NCBI GenBank assembly: GCA_045123075.1
Contig: JBGVIJ010000027.1
Coordinates: 11,857-75,856 of the forward strand
Length of the DNA stretch: 64,000 bases
Direction of reading: 5' to 3'
Source: Phascolarctobacterium sp.
GTDB lineage: Bacteria > Bacillota > Negativicutes > Acidaminococcales > Acidaminococcaceae
The notes beneath the pieces are model-generated. The model was not told where the DNA came from. It did no database searches and worked only from the letters and a program-made list of their open reading frames with translations. Position numbers and translations under genes: made by a program. Every line of letters starts with the position of its first letter. The first letter of the stretch is position 1. Positions 9,207-17,267 of the stretch are shown one piece after another.

Positions 9207-9590
9207 ATGAAAAAGTTTGAATCTATAACAGGTTATAAACCTCACACCTATGACGGTAGAATTATTACCTTTGGTTTAACTGAAGAAGAAAATTCATATC
9301 TCAAAATTTTACTACACAACAAAAACTTCGAAATTTACTCTACAGATATCGCAAGCGATTTGGTTGCGCTTTTAGCAACAGCAATTATCGTCAATGCTGA
9401 AAAGTTAGAAGTTGATGACCTCAACCTTTTAGAAAACTATTATACGGAAGTTGGAGAAGATGCTGACGAAGCAATATTTTGGATTGGCTCACCACTTCCT
9501 TCACTTGAACTGCAAAGCTTTTTTAAATGTTATAATAAATTCGAAGATATTATCTCAGCTATCAAGAAGGTACTCTCGAAAACACTTTAA
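9207..9590 (+). CDS. hypothetical protein (127 aa, acidic)
   Basis: Has an AAAGGAAG RBS and is followed by a terminator. I recognise no domain. Confidence 0.65.
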   Translation: MKKFESITGYKPHTYDGRIITFGLTEEENSYLKILLHNKNFEIYSTDIASDLVALLATAIIVNAEKLEVDDLNLLENYYTEVGEDADEAIFWIGSPLPSLELQSFFKCYNKFEDIISAIKKVLSKTL

Positions 9591-9601
9591 CATTCTACGA
9601 A

Positions 9602-9631
9602 AGAAACGCTACCCAAAAGGGTAGCGCTTCT
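9602..9631. terminator. bidirectional terminator
   Basis: Perfect 10-bp stem acgctaccc(a)/gggtagcgt within agaaacgctacccaaaagggtagcgcttct. Confidence 0.75.
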
Positions 9632-9641
9632 CTTTGTATAG

Positions 9642-10328
9642 CTATTCTATTTTTTCAACGTTTTCATAAATACAAGTAAACATTTCATTTATTTTGGCAT
9701 CTATATGAAAATGCCCAAAGTACCATTTCTCATATTGGATTTTATAACTCAATTCATCAAGAAATCCAGAAACAGGACAAGTATCAGCACCCTGTAAATG
9801 TACTGATAAATCAGCAAGAAATCTTCTCGGAACTGTATGTGTTATAACGCAATCAACCTTGTTACCCATTCGTTCCAAATTCCGAATAGCATTCATTTTT
9901 TCCGCTTCGCTGAAAACTTCCTCTTGCCACCAGTCAACATGTTCTTCACGCATATACTTATCTACAGAAGTAGCCCCGCCAAATACAAAGAAAGTTTTAC
10001 CTTCAATTTCGTAGACTTCCCCACGCATCAGATGAAATACATTGTTGCGAAGCTTTCTAACCTTTCCACCATATCTTTCTTCAACAGGAAGGGCATTAAG
10101 CAAATCGAAATTTTCATGGTTGCCGTCAACAAATAGTATCTCAAAAGACTTTGCTTCTAGCCAATCAAGACAACATTCTTCTTCCGCATCTCTATACCAG
10201 GGCAAGCCAAAATCACCACAGATAATCACCTTGTCATTTTCTGTAAACTTCAACCCCATTGCTTCTAAATTTGACTGATCAAATCTTATAGGGTAACCGT
10301 GTATATCACCAGTTATGTATATGCTCAC
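9642..10328 (-). CDS. calcineurin-like metallophosphoesterase (copy 1)
   Basis: Motifs GDIHG, GDFGLPW, GNHENF, GHFH. GTG start 7 nt after AAGGAAG. Paralogue of 55715-56407. Confidence 0.9.
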   Translation of the reverse strand: MSIYITGDIHGYPIRFDQSNLEAMGLKFTENDKVIICGDFGLPWYRDAEEECCLDWLEAKSFEILFVDGNHENFDLLNALPVEERYGGKVRKLRNNVFHLMRGEVYEIEGKTFFVFGGATSVDKYMREEHVDWWQEEVFSEAEKMNAIRNLERMGNKVDCVITHTVPRRFLADLSVHLQGADTCPVSGFLDELSYKIQYEKWYFGHFHIDAKINEMFTCIYENVEKIE

Positions 10329-10403
10329 AACATTACTTCCTTTTGAAAAAGTTTCTTAAACTATTTTAGCAAAAAGATTATAGCAAAAACAGGATATAAA
10401 GAA

Positions 10404-10425
10404 AGCACTACCCGAAGGCAGCGCT
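10404..10425 (-). terminator. terminator after the PD-(D/E)xK gene, sequence-related to the 9602-9631 hairpin
   Basis: The minus-strand RNA stem GCGCUGCC/GGUAGUGC has a UUCG loop and a U-rich tail. Confidence 0.5.
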
Positions 10426-10429
10426 TATA

Positions 10430-11569
10430 TTAAATCGTTTTCATCTTAATTAACACTTCATCAATCAACTGCATTAATGATTCCAAATAGCCTTTATAAC
10501 TTACAGCATTTATCTTCCACTTACCAACTGTTAGACTAGCATTACCAGGAATATTCTGAGTTTCAATGCCATTGATATTAATATTGCTTACCAGCTTCTC
10601 TATCTTACTTTTTGCTTTCAAATAATCTTCTAAAAACGCTTTCCCATATTTAGCTTCTATTTTAGAAAACGGCAAATACGGATGCAATTCAAAATGTAGA
10701 AACACTGCATTTTGCTTACCTTCTATGTGCATGGTATAGCTTCTTGCATCTCTCTCATTTTGTAAAGGTTTTATTCTGATAAACTTTTTATTAAGAACAT
10801 CTTCCCATTCTTGGTGTGATATTTGGTAAAAGCAATCAGCTGATTTATCAGATTTTCCATTCTTACAAAAAATCTTTTCATACTTTTTGTTATTTCTAGT
10901 ATTATTTATTTTCCAAACTAAATAACTTATTAAATGGTTAAACTCCTTTTCCTTATCATCGTGTGCTAATGATTTCTTATCACCAAAAAGCCTATTAGAT
11001 TTCTCAATATTATAAAATTCTTTTTCTTCTCTCTCTACGTAATATTCACAAAAATCTTTAGCAAATGGCATCCTAAAGAAAGGGGATTTTGACAAAATGG
11101 TTGCTAAATCACTATACCTCATATGCTTGAATGCACTAGAAGATAAATCAACATAAGAATTATTTTTTGTCAAATATATAAAATCATAATCATCATAACC
11201 AACATATTGGGATTTGATAGCTTTAACATAACGTTCTGTTTGTTTATATCCTTCTTCTGAATATATTTTATTTTCGATGCATAAAATACGTTTTTTTTGA
11301 CTTCCCTCTTTGAATTGAATAAAAATATCAATGTAATTCTGATAGTCTCTTCCATCAAAATTATCTTTAATAGGTTTCTCTCTATTCACCGCTTCTATTA
11401 CTATATCATCAGTGATTTTATCCAATCCACAAGCTTCACAAAATTCTTTCAAAAAGATTGTAGCATATTGTAAATTTCGTTTTGGATCAAAATAATATGC
11501 TAGTAAATTTGATACTTGTAACTCTTTATTTTCAATACCTAAAATTTCAAAAACAGTTTCCACACTCAT
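10430..11569 (-). CDS. PD-(D/E)xK nuclease superfamily protein (PDDEXK_4-like organisation)
   Basis: N-terminal block FEILGI..E..VSNLLAYYFDP, then IDIFIQF...RILCIENKIYSEEGYKQTERY (D...E-x-K core). Strong AGGAGAGGAAG RBS. Confidence 0.85.
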   Translation of the reverse strand: MSVETVFEILGIENKELQVSNLLAYYFDPKRNLQYATIFLKEFCEACGLDKITDDIVIEAVNREKPIKDNFDGRDYQNYIDIFIQFKEGSQKKRILCIENKIYSEEGYKQTERYVKAIKSQYVGYDDYDFIYLTKNNSYVDLSSSAFKHMRYSDLATILSKSPFFRMPFAKDFCEYYVEREEKEFYNIEKSNRLFGDKKSLAHDDKEKEFNHLISYLVWKINNTRNNKKYEKIFCKNGKSDKSADCFYQISHQEWEDVLNKKFIRIKPLQNERDARSYTMHIEGKQNAVFLHFELHPYLPFSKIEAKYGKAFLEDYLKAKSKIEKLVSNININGIETQNIPGNASLTVGKWKINAVSYKGYLESLMQLIDEVLIKMKTI

Positions 11570-11762
11570 CTTCCTCTCCTAGATTTATTTTAAATAAATA
11601 TTCTACACTCTACCTCACTTCTCCTCTACACAATATCGCAGAGCACATCTTAATCATACCATCCCCTATGCGCCATTTTTGCCACATCTTCCCTGCTACA
11701 CTAAAGGTACACACCAAAATATTATCTATGTTATAATTTTTAAAAGTACTGGAGGCGATTTT

Positions 11763-12761
11763 ATGATGAAGTACCCTAAAATTAAGTATCATTACGAATT
11801 CCCCAACTTACCTATAAACAACAACGACATTCAAGCCTTGTATGAAAAGATGGATAACATCATTGATTCCATATATTTCTTCCCGGAAGAAAATCGTGAT
11901 TTGCTTTCTTCTTTGGATATCTTTATCTCTGACGATATGCCTAAAAGAAGCTACGGCAAGTACGATTCCAAAAAAGTTTTAGATGAAATAGATAGCTTCC
12001 GAAAAGAATACCCAGAATCTTACTTTAATGGATTATTGGCAGATATCGCAGGCATACTCCGAAGAAGTGACGAAGGCACCCCAGGTAAAGCAGTGAAAGA
12101 AATTACTGATTATGCCGAAAGAATACTTGAAGAACATGCTCATGGCGAACGTCATCATGCTGATGGATTCCCCAAAATCTGCAAAATCATCTCTAAATTG
12201 AAGAACTTAAAATCAACTGTATCCCTTTTAGGTATATATGACTATACCAAAAACAGAATCACTCTCTATATCTACAACATCGTCAAGCATTTCACTAAAG
12301 CACCTAATCCAGATGACGCATTAAAAATAAAGACCGGTTTAGAAATCGTTCTTGCCCATGAAGTATTCCATGCTATTCATTTTCACATGCTAGGCACTAA
12401 CTATCAACGAAGAGAATCTAAATGGAACGCTACCCCCAGACACAAAGATTACCAAAAATGTGTCACCGAAGGTTTAGCAAGATGGTTTGAGTACACTTGG
12501 TGCGATGAAAACCAATACAACAACGACATTTACAAGTGGCATATGCAAGAAACAGAAGACGAACTAAAAAACTACGATTACCCTGGTTGGCCTTACGCTG
12601 CAGCGAAAGCCTTCATCAAAAATGGCAGAATTGATTATCCTGCCGCAGAAGAAGTATTCCAAATGTCTTTGCATTACAGTAGCGGTCACTGGAAAGCAGC
12701 TTACCAACTTCTTGTAAGTTGTGATGAAAGCCCTAAATTTAAATATGACACTCTTTATTAA
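11763..12761 (+). CDS. putative zinc metallopeptidase-like protein (HExxH)
   Basis: ATG follows GGAGG. LAHEVFHAIHFH is followed by TEGLARWFE, a possible third ligand (gluzincin-like). I cannot name a family. Confidence 0.75.
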   Translation: MMKYPKIKYHYEFPNLPINNNDIQALYEKMDNIIDSIYFFPEENRDLLSSLDIFISDDMPKRSYGKYDSKKVLDEIDSFRKEYPESYFNGLLADIAGILRRSDEGTPGKAVKEITDYAERILEEHAHGERHHADGFPKICKIISKLKNLKSTVSLLGIYDYTKNRITLYIYNIVKHFTKAPNPDDALKIKTGLEIVLAHEVFHAIHFHMLGTNYQRRESKWNATPRHKDYQKCVTEGLARWFEYTWCDENQYNNDIYKWHMQETEDELKNYDYPGWPYAAAKAFIKNGRIDYPAAEEVFQMSLHYSSGHWKAAYQLLVSCDESPKFKYDTLY

Positions 12762-12765
12762 CAAA

Positions 12766-12798
12766 AACAGACGTAACCATCTTCGGTTACGTCTGTTT
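12766..12798. terminator. bidirectional terminator between convergent genes
   Basis: Hairpin aaacagacgtaacc / ggttacgtctgttt. Confidence 0.8.
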
Positions 12799-12804
12799 CT
12801 TATA

Positions 12805-14901
12805 TTATGCCATAAATCCAATAGACCTTCTTTGCTCTCTTCCTTCCGTGCTAAACGGCACAGCAACACTTCCATCAAAGTCTTCTGATTTTAACGTGCA
12901 CACTTCTTTTTTAGAAACATTTTTATTGCCATATGTCTCATAAATTCTCAAAGACTGTTTCATAATCGCTTGTTCCAACATATTTCGCACGAAACGCCCA
13001 TTACCAAATTCTGGATGCTTACAAACACTCTTAAAAACCTCCCTGCATCTTTCAATAACGCTATCCTCCAAAGTATAACTCTTGTCTTTTACCATAAGCC
13101 TTAAAATATCACAAAGTTCTTCCTCATTGTAATCCGGGAAATTGATATGAAAGGCAATCCTACTACGCAAACCTTCATTTTTATCTAAAAAGTCTTTCAT
13201 TTTATCTGGATAGCCCGCAAAAATAACAATTACATCATCTCTATGATTTTCCATCTCTTGAACTATAGTGTTTATAGCTTCATCTCCAAAAGTATTACTC
13301 CCATCCACCAAAGCATACGCCTCATCAATAAAAATAATACCTCCTCTAGCCGCTTTGAACTTTTCCTTTACAACATTAGCTGTCCAACCAACGTATTTCC
13401 CCACCAAATCACTCCTACCACATTCCACAAATATTGGGATTTCAGTTATTCCTTTTTCCGCAAATATTCTTGAAAGCATGCGAGCAACTGTTGTCTTTGC
13501 CACGCCGGGATTACCAGTGAAAATCATATGTCTTGAAAAATTTTCTTGATCCAACCCTAAACTTTGTCGCGTTTTTTGCATAGCGTACGTCGCTATCATT
13601 TGTTTTACTATGTTTTTTACTGGCCTCAAACCTATTAACGAATTCAGTTTTTCCAAACCATTATCAGAATACTTATCAGAGGAAACTGTACTAATTATGG
13701 TTTCTTCAAGCGACCTATAGGCAGGATAAGCTTTTTCTTTTAACACATTTTTATGCCATTTATCGTAAATTTCATACGCCATGGTAATGTTGTAATTCTT
13801 TTCTTCAGATAACAATTTATGCAGTTCATCTTTTTCTAAAAACCTTTTATACTTAGATTTCTCCATGAGCCGAAGTAAAAACTTTTCAAGCTCTTGTACG
13901 CTTCCAATACCTTCTTTAATTTCGATTATATTTAGGTCATCAGCAAACTCAAGCAATGCTTTTTTATCATTACGCCTTTCACTAAGAATATCAACAAAAA
14001 TTATGAGAACCCTATCATAATATTCACAAATATTGTTTTTTATTCCTCTCCAAAGTTGATTATCAGCAAATCCTACATTGCTTTCCTCTTTATCATTTGT
14101 AAAAAGTTCGAATGCTATAGCGGTACCTACAGATTTCTCAAACAAGCTCTCCAACTCCTCATCGTCAAAGTATGCACCAAATCTATAGTCATACATATAA
14201 CTAACACGAGTCCCTAGCAATCTATTAACTTTGTGCAAAGCACTAACCAATATTTCAATAATTTTTTCTGCTGATTTACGAGAAGATGCTACTACTCTAT
14301 AATGCACTGGAATACCATAAAAATCATAATTCTCTGGTGTCGCATATATTCTTCCCAACTCCTCATACAAGCTTGCGTCTCCCATTACATCTCCAGCTTC
14401 TTTAAAAATTGCGTTCTTACTTTGCAATGCATCAAATACATATTCTTTTATCTTATAAGAATCTGAACTTAAATAATCTACATTAAAATCATCTACCCAT
14501 GTTCTACGTTTCCTTGTACCTTTCATTTCAAAGCCAGACATACTTTCAGCTAATCTAATATTTCTTGAAAAAACTTTACCAATAACTTCCTTTACGTCTT
14601 TTACATATATTCCTTTGAACAACAATTGGTTTATAGTAGTTTCTACTTTATCAGCAATTATTTCATACTCGCGATTCTCAAATTTACAACAGCAGGCGAC
14701 ATATAGAAACTGTCCTGTAATTTTGTACGCTTGGACAACTAAACTTTCATTATTTATACTGCCATCAAACATTTTATTAATTTGATATAAACAATCCTCA
14801 TAAGCATCACCATTCCGATTAGAAGATTCCGAAAGTGAATTGATAAACGAAGTCGCCATCAGTTCACTCTTTAAATCAATAACAATATCGTAAAAAATCA
14901 T
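12805..14901 (-). CDS. AAA+ ATPase of the SpoVK/CbbX/EccA type with ~430-aa uncharacterised N-terminal region
   Basis: C-terminal module has LIGLRPVK, Walker A GNPGVAKTT, Walker B IIFIDEAY, and AGYPDKM...RSRI. ATG 14901 lies 7 nt after AGGAGG. Confidence 0.9.
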   Translation of the reverse strand: MIFYDIVIDLKSELMATSFINSLSESSNRNGDAYEDCLYQINKMFDGSINNESLVVQAYKITGQFLYVACCCKFENREYEIIADKVETTINQLLFKGIYVKDVKEVIGKVFSRNIRLAESMSGFEMKGTRKRRTWVDDFNVDYLSSDSYKIKEYVFDALQSKNAIFKEAGDVMGDASLYEELGRIYATPENYDFYGIPVHYRVVASSRKSAEKIIEILVSALHKVNRLLGTRVSYMYDYRFGAYFDDEELESLFEKSVGTAIAFELFTNDKEESNVGFADNQLWRGIKNNICEYYDRVLIIFVDILSERRNDKKALLEFADDLNIIEIKEGIGSVQELEKFLLRLMEKSKYKRFLEKDELHKLLSEEKNYNITMAYEIYDKWHKNVLKEKAYPAYRSLEETIISTVSSDKYSDNGLEKLNSLIGLRPVKNIVKQMIATYAMQKTRQSLGLDQENFSRHMIFTGNPGVAKTTVARMLSRIFAEKGITEIPIFVECGRSDLVGKYVGWTANVVKEKFKAARGGIIFIDEAYALVDGSNTFGDEAINTIVQEMENHRDDVIVIFAGYPDKMKDFLDKNEGLRSRIAFHINFPDYNEEELCDILRLMVKDKSYTLEDSVIERCREVFKSVCKHPEFGNGRFVRNMLEQAIMKQSLRIYETYGNKNVSKKEVCTLKSEDFDGSVAVPFSTEGREQRRSIGFMA

Positions 14902-15017
14902 CCCAGCACCTCCTAACAACTTTAATACCTATAGACTAACAAACCAAGTGCGACATTTTTGTCGCATTGATATTGATACAATAAGATTACATCGTAAAAA
15001 GCAAGGAGTGTTCCATT

Positions 15018-15224
15018 ATGACAAAAGACAGCTACAACTTAGATGACATCACCAAAAGACCGCTCACTTTAAAAGAATCCTTTTATTTAGCACAAAACTT
15101 GGAATCCATAGAAAGAAACCGTAGGGAAATACGTAACGTGAAAGTAGGCTTCTTACACTACCTATGGCTTGCTTGTCTTTTGATATACATAATTGCAGGA
15201 ATCATCCTTACCATTATGCGTTGA
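15018..15224 (+). CDS. small protein with C-terminal transmembrane helix (68 aa)
   Basis: AAGGAG RBS. The tail LHYLWLACLLIYIIAGIILTIM is hydrophobic. Confidence 0.5.
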   Translation: MTKDSYNLDDITKRPLTLKESFYLAQNLESIERNRREIRNVKVGFLHYLWLACLLIYIIAGIILTIMR

Positions 15225-15253
15225 TTTCTAATGATACTATCAAGGAGAAAAAT

Positions 15254-15454
15254 ATGAGACCAGTATATCTTTATCTGCACCACTGCGGTTTTGACTTCTT
15301 CCTGTCTGATCATTTGCTCACCAAAGAAGAAGCATATTGTCCAGATTGCGAAGAAAGCAATGAATTAATCGGGATTTATTACAACGAAGAAGAACTCCGT
15401 CTGAAAACAAAAGAACTTATATTGAAAGGATATGACTTTATACAGAATTCCTAA
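15254..15454 (+). CDS. small Cys-containing protein (66 aa)
   Basis: AAGGAGA lies 6 nt before the ATG. The pairs HHC and CPDC suggest a possible metal site. Confidence 0.5.
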   Translation: MRPVYLYLHHCGFDFFLSDHLLTKEEAYCPDCEESNELIGIYYNEEELRLKTKELILKGYDFIQNS

Positions 15455-15539
15455 CCCCAAAAAACTATTTCACATACTAAAAAACAGAAGGAATCGTACT
15501 GTAAATATAGAATACTTTCAAGTACTGGAGGCGAATTAC

Positions 15540-16289
15540 ATGACCATCAACGAACAAATCCAAATACTTATTAATCAAAACAAAGCTACTATCTTATCAA
15601 ATGAATTCAAAAACCTTTATGACAAAGACAAGAACCCTATTGAAGAAAATACTATTGTATTTGACGGAGTAGTTAATCAAGATATCTTTAAAAGTGGAGA
15701 TAAATTCCTATTCTTGCTAAAGGAAGCTGTTGATAGTCAAATCAAAGGAAATTCTAATTACGAACTCATTAACAACACATTCGACTTGATTACCAAAGCG
15801 AAACAAGAAAGCATCGAACAAAAAGATAGCTCTACTGAATTACACTGGCAAGAATTCTGCGAATGGATTTACGCATACAAGCATCCCAATGATTCTTTGT
15901 TATCCGTAACTAACCATGGTAGGTATCTCTCAGAAATCGCTTTAGTAAACATAAAAAAAGTTGCTGGCCTTTCCACCACAGACGCAAACATACTAAACAA
16001 AATAGTACTCAACAAAGAATACAGTCAATTATTAAGAAAAGAAATCGCCATAATAAATCCGTGCATAGTAATTTGTTGCGGAACATTTGAACAAGCAAAA
16101 ACATTATACGGCACGCATAATTGTATTAAACAATTATGTTCAGGAGTAGAATACTTCAAATACAACAGTATCATATTTGTAGATTTTATTCATCCTACTC
16201 AATACGGTGCAGCCCAAAAACCAACTATGAAATATGCTTATGCAAAAGAAGTATTTGGTGAACTCAGCAAAAGATACAATGAACTTTAA
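15540..16289 (+). CDS. divergent uracil-DNA-glycosylase-superfamily (UDG-fold) protein
   Basis: Blocks are co-linear with family-4 UDG: FLFLLKEA (where GEAPG would sit), LVNIKKVAG (where N..KcrP would sit), PCIVICCGTF, and a C-terminal FIHPTQ (HPS-like motif B). ATG follows GGAGG. Confidence 0.7.
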   Translation: MTINEQIQILINQNKATILSNEFKNLYDKDKNPIEENTIVFDGVVNQDIFKSGDKFLFLLKEAVDSQIKGNSNYELINNTFDLITKAKQESIEQKDSSTELHWQEFCEWIYAYKHPNDSLLSVTNHGRYLSEIALVNIKKVAGLSTTDANILNKIVLNKEYSQLLRKEIAIINPCIVICCGTFEQAKTLYGTHNCIKQLCSGVEYFKYNSIIFVDFIHPTQYGAAQKPTMKYAYAKEVFGELSKRYNEL

Positions 16290-16302
16290 TAGCACACAAA
16301 CA

Positions 16303-16330
16303 AAAAGGCTCCGCACTTGCGGAGCCTTTT
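16303..16330 (+). terminator. intrinsic terminator at the end of island 1
   Basis: aaaaggctccgc-actt-gcggagcctttt. Confidence 0.85.
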
Positions 16331-16377
16331 CTCATTCTCAAAAATATTTTTAAATTTTTCTGCAAAAAGTGTGCTCT

Positions 16378-16406
16378 TTGCCTTTTCTAAATTGTACTTA
16401 TATAAT
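16378..16406 (+). promoter_or_regulatory. candidate orphan sigma-70 promoter
   Basis: TTGCCT, 17 nt, TATAAT, with no ORF following. Confidence 0.4.
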
Positions 16407-16412
16407 GAGTCT

Positions 16413-16527
16413 TCTTTTTTCGTCTCCTTTGCCTTTTTCTTTTATATAATTTTCTTTTTCCCTTTCCTCTGCTTTTTTCTTCTGCCTGTATAAAAGCAAA
16501 GCTTTTCAGGAGCTTTGCTTCCTTATT
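16413..16527 (+). ncRNA. candidate pyrimidine-rich small RNA (hypothetical)
   Basis: About 110 nt of almost pure C/T with CUCCUUU and CCUUUCCUCU motifs, between the promoter above and the hairpin aagcaaagct/agctttgctt. Confidence 0.25.
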
Positions 16528-16684
16528 CCAAGTATAGTCTTTAACCTAAGCAACGCGTTAGCGTTGGTATCCTTGTTGTAGAAAGCAAAATAATATCACT
16601 CAACACTTTTCACAAACTCCTCACAAGGCTTTTATCATACCACGTCGAATAAAATAGTAACGATAATTATGAGGAGGTTTCCTT

Positions 16685-17113
16685 ATGAATAACAAGAAAT
16701 GTATTGCTATCGCTTTAGTTGCTGGGTTTGTTTTTGGTAACGCACTGACACCTGTTAATGCAGGTATTTTCGATAAAGTTCTTAAAGGTGGTCTTGTAGG
16801 AGCAGTTGTTGACGCTACTGCTCCTCAAATAGACAAGGCTATCAACGCACTTACTGCTAAACATGGTTTGGCAAGCACTTATGCAACTAAAGTTGTCCCT
16901 ATCGTTGCATTTGGTGATGGCAGTCGTGCAGGTGCAGCACAAGTTTCCGGACCGCAAGAACTTGTTGACCAATGCCAAGCAGCACTTCAAATTGAACAAA
17001 CCATTTTAGGTGTCCGTTGCATGGTTCTGATTCCTATAGACAAAGTTGCTATCAAAAATATCAACCGCGTTCAAGGCGTAGGCGTTGCCGCACAAATCGA
17101 CATCAAACTTTAA
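16685..17113 (+). CDS. secreted hypothetical protein (signal peptide)
   Basis: GAGGAGG RBS. The N-terminus KKCIAIALVAGFVFGNALTPVNA reads as a signal peptide. Confidence 0.75.
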   Translation: MNNKKCIAIALVAGFVFGNALTPVNAGIFDKVLKGGLVGAVVDATAPQIDKAINALTAKHGLASTYATKVVPIVAFGDGSRAGAAQVSGPQELVDQCQAALQIEQTILGVRCMVLIPIDKVAIKNINRVQGVGVAAQIDIKL

Positions 17114-17130
17114 ACTCCATACAAACCACT

Positions 17131-17157
17131 AAAGGCTTCGTTTTTGCGAAGCCTTTT
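17131..17157 (+). terminator. intrinsic terminator
   Basis: aaaggcttcg-ttttt-gcgaagcctttt. Confidence 0.75.
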
Positions 17158-17267
17158 CTAATTTTCACTAAACTATATTTATTTAATACTTTTATTACTT
17201 ATATTATGTTCTATCAAGATATGATATAATTTTAAAATATAGTCTCAACAAAAGAATGAGGAGATAC

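Larger units (their letters stand above)
5150..16340. other. AT-rich accessory island 1 (defence-island-like; no recombinase seen)
   Basis: Compositional drop relative to the flanks. Contains cassettes with their own RBS and terminator and a nuclease/ATPase/regulator gene content. Boundaries are approximate. Confidence 0.55.

Noticed and set aside
11744-11758. Identical 15-mer AAGTACTGGAGGCGA at the RBS of two island-1 genes (11744-11758 and 15520-15534)
   Set aside because: The placement is suggestive. However, one or two exact 15-mer matches are expected by chance in a 64-kb window. The shared part is mostly a Shine-Dalgarno sequence, and the flanks do not align.
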